IMG/VR virus record: IMGVR_UViG_3300013233_000093
Location: 158,907-222,906 of that record
Direction: 5' to 3' (one strand)
DNA: 64,000 bases
Under the pieces are notes generated by a model. The model was not told where the DNA came from. It did not search any database and worked only from the letters and a program-made list of their open reading frames with translations. Both the position numbers and the translations under genes were made by a program. Each line of letters begins with the position of its first letter. Positions within the stretch are counted from its first letter, which is position 1. Below are positions 35,966 through 45,994 of the stretch, piece by piece.

Positions 35966-37690
35966 CTAGCTCCTACTTACGCGTGCGCGTACATTGCCTG
36001 CTGCAGAAAGAACAATCTGCATGTTGTTGGCGTCTACGTTCTCCACGCCTAATACATCACGTCTCCATTTACCTGTGGCATCCTGCACCCAAATAATGAC
36101 ATCACAGAAATCATCATTTAAGTTGTGCGGTAGATTGTGAATCGTGGTGGGTGTGGTGGATATGTAATCCCAGGTAGCGCCCTGTAAAGCGGTCACGTAG
36201 TTGTGCACTAACGTAAGTTCGTTTTGCAACTCCGTTATAAGTAATGTCAGACCATCTTGACGATCTGAGACATTGACTACCGATTGAGATAAGTCACTGG
36301 CCACAGAAGCAGCTGCCCAAGTACTGGGCTGCACCACCACTTTAACGGTAGGTGTGGTATTATCAAATCTCAACAAGAATGCATTTAACCCGTCCAACTC
36401 AATGTCCACCAGATCACGTCTGTAACGTCCTGGAGAGACTTCCATCCATAAAGTAATGGATAGGTACGACGAGTTCAGTCTGTGTGTAACAAACTGTTCT
36501 GGCTGTGCTGAGTTGTACTTTGCGATATACGAGTTAGGCAAGGGCTGTTGTAACACCACCATCATTAACTGCGCCGCGTCCATTGTGATACGAACGACGT
36601 TGTTGGATATGGTTTCTGCTTCGTACACCGTCTGTGTCCAGATACCATTGATATCCACCCACACACAGATCGAAAGAAAACCCGTCGATAAGTTATGGTT
36701 TATATCCACCGTAGTCGCAGGCACAATGTTTTCATACACATGCCCACCTGCCGTGACCTTTCTGATCACCGCGCGTATGCGGATAGGTGTACTGGAGTTC
36801 ACAATAACCGTGTTAGCATCCAACATCATCGCGTCATGCAATGGTACAGACCACCGACCGTTATCGTCCTCTGCCCAGATTTGTACATCGAGAGAAAACG
36901 AGTTAAGTCCATGAGTGATCGTGTGCGTGGCAATCGCAGTAGGCGAGTTATACGCAAAGCTGTCCACTGTAGGAACCGGCAACTGAAAGCCAGTTTCAAT
37001 GGTGGTGTTCAGTGTATCGAACAACTCCATCGCGTCTAAATAAGACTGCTTTACACCACCGAAGTTAGACTCCACCGTGTTCTGTCTGTCTTCCACATAG
37101 CCCTGACGTATCTCTACACCAGTGACTTGTTGTAACGTGGCGACATCGCTGCCAGGAGACAGTCTGTTTGCACCTACTGTCAACTCACCCACGCCTGCAA
37201 TCAATGCAGTACAGAACTCATCGTTGTTTAAAAGAGGTCTTTTAAACCGTGTGTTATACCCATCGCTGCCACGGAAGTTCAACCATTCTGCTGTAGAGAG
37301 CGGGTTAAACGTAGCCGAACGAATCGAGTCTAAAAGACCTTTATCTTCGTATACGTCTACTTGCACTCCATCAACAACATGATGTCCGACTGCCTGGTAA
37401 ACCAAACGTATGTACAGACCCTGTCGTTCTATGACAAGATACGTATACGCCTCTTCGCCTGTATCGGCTGTAATGGCCAGAAACAAAGGAGAGAATTGAT
37501 AATCTACATTGGCCACCAATGGTGTCCACTGAGGACTTGCCAGTGATACAGTCCCTTCCACAATCAAACCGTGTCGGTAGAATGCACCTGCTGTGGGAAA
37601 CACAGCCACAGATGAATTTGTGGAATGCACTTCGTCTTGTATTAAGTTATCCGCCGAAATGGCGGTATGGTCAAAAGCATACGTCGCCAT
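35966..37690 (-). CDS. Tail protein: phiKZ-type N-domain plus four HxL beta-domains
   Basis: YAFDHTAISADNLIQDEVH; THGL, NHNL, THRL, PHNL repeats. Confidence 0.75.
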   Translation of the reverse strand: MATYAFDHTAISADNLIQDEVHSTNSSVAVFPTAGAFYRHGLIVEGTVSLASPQWTPLVANVDYQFSPLFLAITADTGEEAYTYLVIERQGLYIRLVYQAVGHHVVDGVQVDVYEDKGLLDSIRSATFNPLSTAEWLNFRGSDGYNTRFKRPLLNNDEFCTALIAGVGELTVGANRLSPGSDVATLQQVTGVEIRQGYVEDRQNTVESNFGGVKQSYLDAMELFDTLNTTIETGFQLPVPTVDSFAYNSPTAIATHTITHGLNSFSLDVQIWAEDDNGRWSVPLHDAMMLDANTVIVNSSTPIRIRAVIRKVTAGGHVYENIVPATTVDINHNLSTGFLSICVWVDINGIWTQTVYEAETISNNVVRITMDAAQLMMVVLQQPLPNSYIAKYNSAQPEQFVTHRLNSSYLSITLWMEVSPGRYRRDLVDIELDGLNAFLLRFDNTTPTVKVVVQPSTWAAASVASDLSQSVVNVSDRQDGLTLLITELQNELTLVHNYVTALQGATWDYISTTPTTIHNLPHNLNDDFCDVIIWVQDATGKWRRDVLGVENVDANNMQIVLSAAGNVRARVSRS

Positions 37691-37691
37691 T

Positions 37692-38678
37692 TTAATCACT
37701 CACTTTAAGTAACGTCAGCGCACAAGACACGTTAATGTCTGCGACGACAATGGATTCCACAGTAGCGTCAGGGATACGGATCTGCATGGTTATAACACGA
37801 CCTGCTGTAATGCCCACTGGACTTACGCCCAATGTAGAAGCAGAAACCGCATAGCCGTCTATCAAGTACCGAAACTCGTAATGTTGCCGTACACCGTTTA
37901 ACAGCGCTCTTGGATTACCTGATAAAAACACCAGATAGTTGCCTGTGTATTTTACCAACACACTGACACCTACGTCTACCCATTCATTCATAGTGACCAA
38001 TGGAAGCTGTTTTAACACCGTGCCGGTAGAACCGCCTGTGTGATAAAACGCAGTCGCTGCTGCTAACTGTCCAATGGCCAATGAAACGTTTTTCATGGAG
38101 TCTACAATAGGCGCTACTAACGTCGTATCCAGATCCACTATATCACTCATTGTAATATGACGGTCTGGTGATCTTACTGCTAATGACAACGTTTCAAAGG
38201 CAGCCAATATTTCTGGCACACCTGTGATGGTGGTCAGGGGTGTATTGTGGGGTGTAGGGGGGAAGGTCGCAGGGATGTCTGTCAGACTGCTCCAAGGTGT
38301 GTTTATCAACTCACCTAATGTACTAAGACCGTCTGCTAATGCAGTGGTCATGGCATTGACGTAATCGCCGCCCAGCGTCCGATAAACCAACCGATATGAC
38401 CCCGTGGCCGCTAGGTTGTAAAAACCTATGGCACCGTAAATAGGGAATCCCGTCTCTATTGAAGCCTCTTCAAAGGGGTAAGCAAAGAAGAAATCACTGC
38501 CTTCGGAAATAGGCATACCTGACTCTGCATCTACCACCACCATGCTGCTTGCAAAGAAGGGTGCTGCGTCTGGAATAAGGTAATTATATTGCGTTCCGTT
38601 TATGGCCGTGATTGTATGAAGTTCATTAGGGATTTTGTTACCCGGTATTACCCCCAATGGATCGAAGTCATATGGCAT
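37692..38678 (-). CDS. Virion structural (tail) protein, phiKZ-type family
   Basis: YDFDPLG..PGNKIPNELH, PDAAPFFA, YRTLGG, FPPTPH. Confidence 0.8.
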   Translation of the reverse strand: MPYDFDPLGVIPGNKIPNELHTITAINGTQYNYLIPDAAPFFASSMVVVDAESGMPISEGSDFFFAYPFEEASIETGFPIYGAIGFYNLAATGSYRLVYRTLGGDYVNAMTTALADGLSTLGELINTPWSSLTDIPATFPPTPHNTPLTTITGVPEILAAFETLSLAVRSPDRHITMSDIVDLDTTLVAPIVDSMKNVSLAIGQLAAATAFYHTGGSTGTVLKQLPLVTMNEWVDVGVSVLVKYTGNYLVFLSGNPRALLNGVRQHYEFRYLIDGYAVSASTLGVSPVGITAGRVITMQIRIPDATVESIVVADINVSCALTLLKVSD

Positions 38679-38739
38679 CTTGTTATCCTCTTGGGTGCTG
38701 ATCATATAATTATAGAGTGCACACGTATAGGGGCAAAAA

Positions 38740-39954
38740 ATGTATAACGTGGTGTCGGTATTGGTAAGAAATAACCGTGAATGGTACGAATTGGATTACA
38801 CAGACTTGTTGTTATCTGACCTGGTGTCTGTGAATCACACGGTGCACGTCACTGTGCATGACGGTGAGCAAAGTGAGAATACGTTTAACTTACGAAGTGC
38901 GTTACAGGAGTTACGCGTACGGACGGATAACAAGACATTAGACGAGTGGGTCGCGACGCTCGAACTGCTGCCTTGGAAGTCACTGGTCAATCAACAGCCA
39001 CTGGATAACGTAAGAAAGATGCACGTCACTGATATCTATCACTGGGATGTGAAATATGAGATCGGTAACTACGAATACGGTCGTGGTCAATCCGTGCCTT
39101 TGGGATCCAGTACGGATTTGATGATCTATAACAAAGGTGATGTGGATGTCATCAGTTGGATGCAGCGGCATTGCTTGTTTAGCATTAACGGTTTCGTGCA
39201 CCGCAGTGAAGTCGTGGGAGATGCATTGGTAGTGCGTCATGCATTAGCGTACCTACGGGCATCCGGTACACAAGCTGCTATTATCCGTGTGATCGATTTA
39301 TCTGAGTTAGGCGAATGGTCTTGGCACGTCATGGACTCGGCTGAGTTAAAGGTGTTAGAACCTACGGATAACGATCGTAACCGAAACGAGACTCGTGTGA
39401 CGTATGAACATGCAGGACTGTCTGGTAAATCCATTGCAGGTGTATTGGACGCACATCCACATTTGTTTGACGGTGTGTTTACCATGCACGATGCGGATCA
39501 CGTGATGATTACACTGAACCGTAAGGCGATGGTGCAACACGAGTCTAAGAATCCAGTACCCAGTCATGCAGACGGTCTTGTGGACGGTGTGTTGTCTCTG
39601 AGTAACTTTGATGCAGTCCAGTATCTTAATCACGGGGTGAGTGGGATTATCATTTTCGAGAATCCAGATGTGAACGTAAAACGTACGCTGATGGGTCGTA
39701 CGGACATCCCTGGGTTATATACGTCCCATCGCACGCACAGTGGGATCATGGTGGACAGTAAGGGATGGGTGGTGGATTACACGTTAGAAGGTCTGTCAAC
39801 CGACATGATGGTCTACAGTACCACTGCTGGATATCGACGTGCATACTTGTCTGATATGTACGGCCAGCGCTCATACCTGAGTCATGGTGAATACGCAGTA
39901 AGCGCGATAGCGGATGATGTATACGCAATCGACTTATACGCAACGATGGATTAA
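38740..39954 (+). CDS. Conserved phiKZ-like virion structural protein
   Basis: CLFSINGFVH and PGLY motifs, divergent from tail cluster. Confidence 0.6.
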   Translation: MYNVVSVLVRNNREWYELDYTDLLLSDLVSVNHTVHVTVHDGEQSENTFNLRSALQELRVRTDNKTLDEWVATLELLPWKSLVNQQPLDNVRKMHVTDIYHWDVKYEIGNYEYGRGQSVPLGSSTDLMIYNKGDVDVISWMQRHCLFSINGFVHRSEVVGDALVVRHALAYLRASGTQAAIIRVIDLSELGEWSWHVMDSAELKVLEPTDNDRNRNETRVTYEHAGLSGKSIAGVLDAHPHLFDGVFTMHDADHVMITLNRKAMVQHESKNPVPSHADGLVDGVLSLSNFDAVQYLNHGVSGIIIFENPDVNVKRTLMGRTDIPGLYTSHRTHSGIMVDSKGWVVDYTLEGLSTDMMVYSTTAGYRRAYLSDMYGQRSYLSHGEYAVSAIADDVYAIDLYATMD

Positions 39955-39956
39955 CT

Positions 39957-39991
39957 ATATAGACTATCCCGTAGTGGGATAGTCTATATGC
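39957..39991. terminator. Stem-loop ending TATGC
   Basis: ATATAGACTATCCC-gtagt-GGGATAGTCTATAT. Confidence 0.75.
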
Positions 39992-40013
39992 TCTATTTAT
40001 GTGTCCGCTAAAT

Positions 40014-40105
40014 AAACAAAACTATATCACTATTATGATACTTAGGTAATAATACTTAGGTGCACTGTTATAACTAATAGATCTCTAGTAAGAGATCAAA
40101 GGATA
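40014..40105 (+). promoter_or_regulatory. Early promoter plus duplicated 70-bp leader
   Basis: CAAAACTATATCACTATTATGAT then leader shared with 23577-23646. Confidence 0.85.
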
Positions 40106-40110
40106 TTGTT

Positions 40111-40515
40111 ATGTTGAATGCTAAATTGATGGTTCGTTCTGCTAAGAAATTTTCTTTCTGGTACGCACGCCAAATGCGTGCGGTTAGTAAGTACATTGTC
40201 GTGAAAAATAAGATGTTAAAACTCACCCTTGGCTTAGGGATTTCCCAAACTCAGATAAACAAAATAACCGGTCACCGATACGAGCTGCACGCACGCCCGC
40301 TCGGTGGGCATGGTTGGGTGTTCGTAGCCCGAGAATGGTCTGCAAGCAAGGGGGGTACGCGTACCCTCCTGCGGGAGAAAACGGTTTGTGGTAACAAACC
40401 GATTGAGGTGGGTTACCACAACATTATCCATTCGTCTACCGTGATAGACGAAGGCATAGAGCGTGTCGAGAAGTACCGATTCAACATCGAGAGTAACTCG
40501 CTTATTAGTGTGTAA
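40111..40515 (+). CDS. Basic hypothetical early protein
   Basis: Own promoter, RBS and terminator. Confidence 0.75.
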   Translation: MLNAKLMVRSAKKFSFWYARQMRAVSKYIVVKNKMLKLTLGLGISQTQINKITGHRYELHARPLGGHGWVFVAREWSASKGGTRTLLREKTVCGNKPIEVGYHNIIHSSTVIDEGIERVEKYRFNIESNSLISV

Positions 40516-40522
40516 CCCTCTA

Positions 40523-40578
40523 CAGCATACATCCCCTGCAAATGCAGGGGATGTATGACTTACTTTCTTTTTTCTTTT
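40523..40578. terminator. Bidirectional stem-loop
   Basis: CATACATCCCCTGCA-aa-TGCAGGGGATGTATG. Confidence 0.8.
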
Positions 40579-40647
40579 TACATCGTCTAGACTTTTATAC
40601 GTCGTCGTGTTACCTAGAGGATCTGTAGATGCATATATCACATATGC

Positions 40648-42096
40648 CTAGCTTGCGTCACCGCCCACATGTTTGTTTACTTGAGTCGCTATAAACAACT
40701 GCGTATCTGTCCAATGCTTTAAGACCTTCACGCCTAATGCATACGACGATGTATAACTACTTATGATGCCAGTGATTGCACTGGCGACTCGGTCGTTTTT
40801 GCCGATCTTGGTGAGGCGGGCGGTCTTAGCATAACCGGGCTCATGGAGAGACCCGTCTCGCAATGAATCTTCATTGCTTTCATGCGCCTTCTTTATTTCT
40901 TTATGCATCTCCTTGACCTTCCCCGACATGACCTTGGCCGTAACTTCCGAAAGCTCTACCAACTTAGCGACATTACCATGACGATTTATACGCTTATCTG
41001 TGGGGTCGTCAGGTATAACGTAATCGACCGGAATGTATATATGGTCGTGTTTATACGTATCGGGTAGGTAATCGAAGCTCCACGTCGGTATGGACTGGAC
41101 GTAGTCCACCTTCGTCCTCACCCGGCCACCTATTAACTGATCGTGGATAAGCGGTTCCTTGGTGTTAATTAATTCACCTGGCATAGCGATGCCTTGCTCC
41201 TCTAACCGCTCAGATAGATATGTGAGTGGCGGGGATATAAAACCCGACGTCTCAAAATAGTTGCGACTAATTGCATCGAGGTACCTTTCTTCTGCATCAG
41301 ACAAGGAGAAGCCACTGTCAAAATATGAGGACATGCGCTTTACTAACGCACCCGTGTTATTTAAGGTCGTGCGTGCCACTGTATTGTTGATCGCAGCGTA
41401 CGCGGTTCGGGCACAAACATCTCCGTTCACACCTATGTGATCTTTGTGATAGTCTATGTATTCGCCATCTTTATTAAAGAATCCCCATTTTAAAACGTGG
41501 TCTAGTTCCTTGTCACGTTTTCCACGAGGACATGGTACTGAGAAGAACCCCTCTTTGTCAGTAGGTGGTAAAAAAGGTTGCGCGTCTTCGTCGCGCTTCG
41601 AGGCTTCCTCTCTACGCGCGTCTTCGTCGCGCTTCGAGGCTTCCTTCTCACCGGAGATTATTTTGCGGGTATCTGTGTTTATCCTGTCTTCCCTTGCTTG
41701 GATTTTGCCTATGACGCCTCCCACGGGAGTAGGCTTCTCTTCATACACACTTCCAGGAGTATCAGGGTTAGTGCTGCCCTTACCTCCGGTAAGCCACTCC
41801 CAGAGTCTTTTAAGGCCGTTTACCACTGCCATGACTGCTTTTACTATAAGCTTCCACACAGCCTTAAAAGCACGTCCTATAAACTGCATGCCTGCCACAG
41901 TGTCTGCGCCTATGGAGTCGCCAGACACCCACTTCACACGGTCTTTGTCTAGGCAAAGCATACCGGCAATACTATCAGACTCCTCATAGATCTTAATAAC
42001 ACGACCACTAAGCACCCCATCCAACACCAACTCAGCATACTCCAACTCACTCACCACACTACTATCCATTACTGTTCTCCAGGTAATATACGACAT
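40648..42096 (-). CDS. Internal head protein paralog
   Basis: Acidic leader, AGMQ, amphipathic helix VWKLIVKAV...WLTGG. Confidence 0.7.
   Translation of the reverse strand: MSYITWRTVMDSSVVSELEYAELVLDGVLSGRVIKIYEESDSIAGMLCLDKDRVKWVSGDSIGADTVAGMQFIGRAFKAVWKLIVKAVMAVVNGLKRLWEWLTGGKGSTNPDTPGSVYEEKPTPVGGVIGKIQAREDRINTDTRKIISGEKEASKRDEDARREEASKRDEDAQPFLPPTDKEGFFSVPCPRGKRDKELDHVLKWGFFNKDGEYIDYHKDHIGVNGDVCARTAYAAINNTVARTTLNNTGALVKRMSSYFDSGFSLSDAEERYLDAISRNYFETSGFISPPLTYLSERLEEQGIAMPGELINTKEPLIHDQLIGGRVRTKVDYVQSIPTWSFDYLPDTYKHDHIYIPVDYVIPDDPTDKRINRHGNVAKLVELSEVTAKVMSGKVKEMHKEIKKAHESNEDSLRDGSLHEPGYAKTARLTKIGKNDRVASAITGIISSYTSSYALGVKVLKHWTDTQLFIATQVNKHVGGDAS
41580..41645. repeat. 30-bp direct repeat, 36-bp period, in frame
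   Basis: Encodes EASKRDEDA twice. Confidence 0.9.
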
Positions 42097-42097
42097 A

Positions 42098-42123
42098 AGA
42101 TCAGCTCCTTAAGGAGCTGATCT
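42098..42123. promoter_or_regulatory. Perfect 26-bp palindrome containing the RBS of 40648..42096
   Basis: AGATCAGCTCCTTAAGGAGCTGATCT. Confidence 0.75.
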
Positions 42124-42136
42124 GTATGTGGTTTAG

Positions 42137-43345
42137 TTACATAATCCCGGCAAGCAAAATCTTACGTTTAAGCTCTGTGTCATATGCAATCGTGGCCGTC
42201 AGCGATTTAACAGTTTTAGACAGTATTCCTAACGATGCAGTTTCCTCGCTTAGGTACGCTGAAAAAACGCGCGCGCGCGCAGTGGCTTCGGTTTCGTGGT
42301 CTTCTTCTTTTGATAAGGCACCTTCGACCAGTCTTCTACTGACCGTCACGCCCTTTGTAAGTGTGGCATGTGCCTTCTCCGTCGCATTCACGACGGCGGC
42401 AATCGCAGCATGGGTTTCCTTAACAACATCAGCATTTAATTCGCCGTTTTCGACAACAAGGGTGGTTAAGGATTGTGCTTGACCTGCGATCAAAGTCATC
42501 TTAAGCGACGTCCCCTTTTTTAGCATTGCAATTGACTTGCCTCCACCCATTAGCATCCCTGTAACCCATTCACCGTCTTTAAGGGCTCTAGGATCATCCT
42601 TTATACCCAGAGCGCCCAAAGCATTCTTTTTACGCGTGTGCACAATATCTACAAAACCGGCAAGGTTAAACTTGCCCTTAATGTCCAGTACCACGTGTTT
42701 AGCGGCGGTCAGCATCGCCTTCCCCCCGGTCTTCGCGTAAAGTGCCATGTATGAGTTAAGCATTTTGTATGTGGCCGCGGTGGCTTTGCTGTCAAGCCTT
42801 CCATCAGGCGAAACGATGCCGTTATCTTCTATCTTCTTAATTAAGTCGCTGAACTTTTTACGTACATCGCCGGTAAGTTTAATCTCGAAATCGAGGTCAA
42901 CAGTTGACGTAGGCGCGTACATGCCTTCCGGCAGTGCGGCGCGTGCCCAGTCTACGCCGTCCGAGATTGCCTTATTAATTTGGGCGGCGTGTCCGCGAAT
43001 CTTGGTGGCTGCCTTGTCTTGAGCCGCCATGGCCTTACCGATCACACCTCCTACTGGAGTATCGGTCTTTTCATAAGTGGCGCTGACAGTACCTTTATTG
43101 TTAGACTTCTTACCACCTGTGAGCCATTCCATCAGCTTTTTCAAGCCATTCACTACTGCCGTGACTGCTTTGACGATCATGTCCCATACAAACTTAAAGG
43201 ACTTCTTGATAAACTGCATGCCAGGTTGTTTGGCTTCCAATCCTCCAGCAATGCTATCGCCGTCGTACGGCATCTCGGTAACACTTCCATCGGTGACAGC
43301 GTCTAACAAAGAGATCGCTTCGCCTAATTCTACATATGCTTGCAT
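42137..43345 (-). CDS. Internal head protein paralog
   Basis: PGMQ-FIKKSFKFVWDMIVKAV...WLTGG. Confidence 0.7.
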   Translation of the reverse strand: MQAYVELGEAISLLDAVTDGSVTEMPYDGDSIAGGLEAKQPGMQFIKKSFKFVWDMIVKAVTAVVNGLKKLMEWLTGGKKSNNKGTVSATYEKTDTPVGGVIGKAMAAQDKAATKIRGHAAQINKAISDGVDWARAALPEGMYAPTSTVDLDFEIKLTGDVRKKFSDLIKKIEDNGIVSPDGRLDSKATAATYKMLNSYMALYAKTGGKAMLTAAKHVVLDIKGKFNLAGFVDIVHTRKKNALGALGIKDDPRALKDGEWVTGMLMGGGKSIAMLKKGTSLKMTLIAGQAQSLTTLVVENGELNADVVKETHAAIAAVVNATEKAHATLTKGVTVSRRLVEGALSKEEDHETEATARARVFSAYLSEETASLGILSKTVKSLTATIAYDTELKRKILLAGIM

Positions 43346-43358
43346 CGGTCACGTGTCC

Positions 43359-43958
43359 TTATTTAAGGTTAAGTAGTAAGGCTTCAAGTACGTCTACTTG
43401 GGCCTGAGTGTCGGCTGTACGTCCGATCCAGTGCTTTAACTCCGCATAAGCGGTGCGTCTGTCTGTGATCGCCGCTAGCCTATTGCGTTCCAGTAATGCA
43501 GCTTGTGCAGGGGTCACTGGAACCGTAATGGGATATCGATGTATCTGTACCTGTGGCATGACGCCAATAATGTCTGAACAGTAATCCTTAAACCCGTCTG
43601 TAATGGCGGTGATGTCCAGCTTGTCTGGAATCAATCCAAGGTCTGCGGATAAGATTACATTTGTGTAATCTGAAGTCTGTGCAGGTGGTGCAGCTACTAT
43701 ATATGATTCGGGTAAGTTTATCGCATTACCCGATGTCGTGCTGATAAGCGTGACTATTTTTCCACCTGTGGCTAGGTCTGCCGCGTAGACTGTGGCAGGT
43801 AATCCAAGCGGTTTGTAATGTGCGTTATACACATCCACGCCTGAAAGCTGTAAGGATTCAAAGGTCTCTATCGCACTGCATTTTAATACCTCTCCAGGAG
43901 CCACTGTGAAGGGCGCAGAGAGTTCGTATACACCAACCGCATCAATTGACGGTAACAC
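43359..43958 (-). CDS. Conserved phiKZ-like hypothetical/virion protein
   Basis: GVYELSAPF, YKPLGL, LPESYI, LSADLGLIP. Confidence 0.6.
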   Translation of the reverse strand: MLPSIDAVGVYELSAPFTVAPGEVLKCSAIETFESLQLSGVDVYNAHYKPLGLPATVYAADLATGGKIVTLISTTSGNAINLPESYIVAAPPAQTSDYTNVILSADLGLIPDKLDITAITDGFKDYCSDIIGVMPQVQIHRYPITVPVTPAQAALLERNRLAAITDRRTAYAELKHWIGRTADTQAQVDVLEALLLNLK

Positions 43959-45234
43959 TGTTTACCACCTCCAGATAGCTCTTACGGGTCACCAGCAGTT
44001 GCGATGTACCGTCTACGATAAACGTAAGGTAGTCTAGACGATTATCCGATAACCGAGACACATGTAACGGTAAATCTTGCGTACCGTCGTCAACTTCAGC
44101 TAATCGTATGACCTCTTCTATAGTAGCGACTGCATCGCGAGTGATGGACGTCAGTCTTCCTAAGTTCACGTCGTTAAGAGGAATGACAGCGTAATCAGGA
44201 TACAGTGTACGGAACGGAGTCCGATCGCCAATGCCCATGGGTACTGCTACAAAGCCAATGGACTTATAATGCGTGGTGGCGTGTATTGCACTGCTAAGGT
44301 AGTCTACTGCGTCTGTGGGGAACACAATACCAAGTGCATCCAGAATATCCCCTGGTGATGTCACAGGTGAATACTGATAATCCGTGGTGCCACTGGAACG
44401 AATGGACACATTATCCCATCTTGGAATAATCGTCAGTGTGTTTCTGACAATGATGTCAGGTACACGTTCTTGCCAGTAGTCTGGTGTAAGTCCCGTGGTT
44501 TCCAACAGATACTTACGAATCGCATCCAGTTGGTTTTGCGCATCACTGGCTTGTTTGCCGTAACACACCAACGCCCACGTGAGCATAATGGATTCCAGGG
44601 AGACAGGATCGATCCATTTCAACTCCATGGTCTCGACTGTGGTTTCTGGATCTCCGTCCTTGGCTAACTCTAATGCCTTATAATGCGTAGCCACATTGAT
44701 CTGTGACAACGACCAGCGCAAATCAGCAGCAGTCCCTTTAAGGTCGTTTACATTTGGTACGGGTGGCACAACACGGACGTCGTACTCGTCGTAGGTCTCT
44801 TGGAAACTGGTGTCTGATAACCAGATCTTTACATCGCAAGACACCGTCCCGTAAACGACACTCCACGCTACCCAAGCGGGTAGCGTAACGCTTCCACTGA
44901 CCATTGATGGTCCAGCGGAGATGTTACTCAGTTGGTTGTTTCTGGTAGATAGCTGATCTGCGAAATCTGAATCCGGTGTGGCATGGATTACAAAGTCGTT
45001 TAGCACGGCCAATGTGGTCAGGTCAAAGCCATCTGGTACGTGCGTGGACACACTGTCCAGCTTAGAACTGAAAACCACCAGTGAGACTTCAGGATATAGC
45101 TTATCCGCTAAGTTGGTTTTACTGGTGCTGTATGTGCGACTGATGGGCGATAGCTCACCAAAGCCCGCTGTGTTACCTGTAACGCTATCAAGCTCTTTGT
45201 TGATGTTACAGAAACCCTTTAAAGAATATCCCAT
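43942..45234 (-). CDS. Virion structural protein (phiKZ gp157-like)
   Basis: YSLKGF, FGELSPISRTYS, KIWLSDTSF..YDEY, IIPRW. Confidence 0.65.
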   Translation of the reverse strand: MGYSLKGFCNINKELDSVTGNTAGFGELSPISRTYSTSKTNLADKLYPEVSLVVFSSKLDSVSTHVPDGFDLTTLAVLNDFVIHATPDSDFADQLSTRNNQLSNISAGPSMVSGSVTLPAWVAWSVVYGTVSCDVKIWLSDTSFQETYDEYDVRVVPPVPNVNDLKGTAADLRWSLSQINVATHYKALELAKDGDPETTVETMELKWIDPVSLESIMLTWALVCYGKQASDAQNQLDAIRKYLLETTGLTPDYWQERVPDIIVRNTLTIIPRWDNVSIRSSGTTDYQYSPVTSPGDILDALGIVFPTDAVDYLSSAIHATTHYKSIGFVAVPMGIGDRTPFRTLYPDYAVIPLNDVNLGRLTSITRDAVATIEEVIRLAEVDDGTQDLPLHVSRLSDNRLDYLTFIVDGTSQLLVTRKSYLEVVNSVTVN

Positions 45235-45296
45235 GGTGACCTCCCAGCGGTCATTTAATTATTAACGATGCATAAATTTAATGGACGGATGATCCG

Positions 45297-45551
45297 ATGA
45301 CTTACGACGAACCTAGCTTTTTAAATTACTTGTGGTCTGCGCGTCCTGATTGGATTCGCTTAGATGCAAAAACCTTGCTGATTACTCTGGTTTCGATTGT
45401 ACTCATTGGATTGTTCATCGGTGTGGCATTGTCTGCTGGCGACACTGACTCTGTCAGAACCGTCATAGAAAAAACCGCTACATTGGATACATACGCTTTA
45501 GACGAGTTACGTAACTACAATTCCCTGTTGGATTCACTTAGGAGACATTAA
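45297..45551 (+). CDS. Putative inner-membrane spanin (Rz-like)
   Basis: One TM then helical domain; directly upstream of lipoprotein. Confidence 0.45.
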   Translation: MTYDEPSFLNYLWSARPDWIRLDAKTLLITLVSIVLIGLFIGVALSAGDTDSVRTVIEKTATLDTYALDELRNYNSLLDSLRRH

Positions 45552-45994
45552 TGCGATACATTATGTTACCACTTCTTGTGCTGCTGTCTGGCTGTGCACA
45601 TACCGTAAGACCCCCTATCGAGGTAAACGTACCGCCTGCTATGGCACCGAACATCATTGTTAATGTCACCCCCACTCCACAGTCGTGTCCTGAGCAAAAA
45701 ATACACGTGGTGCTAAAGGACAAGATTGTCTATCGTGATAAGAAATGTCCTGTGTTACACAAGCCAGTTGCGTTAAGTCCCGTGAGTAAGGACGACTGTA
45801 CCATGTCAAAATCCGATTATCTGGCATTGAAGACGTATCCCGACTACGAACTGCCGCCAGCAGCTACGGATAAAAAACCCTCACTTGGCCTCGTGATTAA
45901 TCACTACCGTACGACATTACATGAGGCAGTAACTGCTTTACGTAAACTGGAAGACACAAACAAGGGGATTGTGAATCGTGTTAAGTGCAATTGA
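45551..45994 (+). CDS. Lipoprotein, putative o-spanin (Rz1-like)
   Basis: LSGC lipobox, Pro- and Cys-rich. Confidence 0.6.
   Translation: MRYIMLPLLVLLSGCAHTVRPPIEVNVPPAMAPNIIVNVTPTPQSCPEQKIHVVLKDKIVYRDKKCPVLHKPVALSPVSKDDCTMSKSDYLALKTYPDYELPPAATDKKPSLGLVINHYRTTLHEAVTALRKLEDTNKGIVNRVKCN

Noticed and set aside
40234-40641. 135-aa - strand ORF
   Set aside because: Runs through a terminator and opposes a gene with its own promoter and RBS
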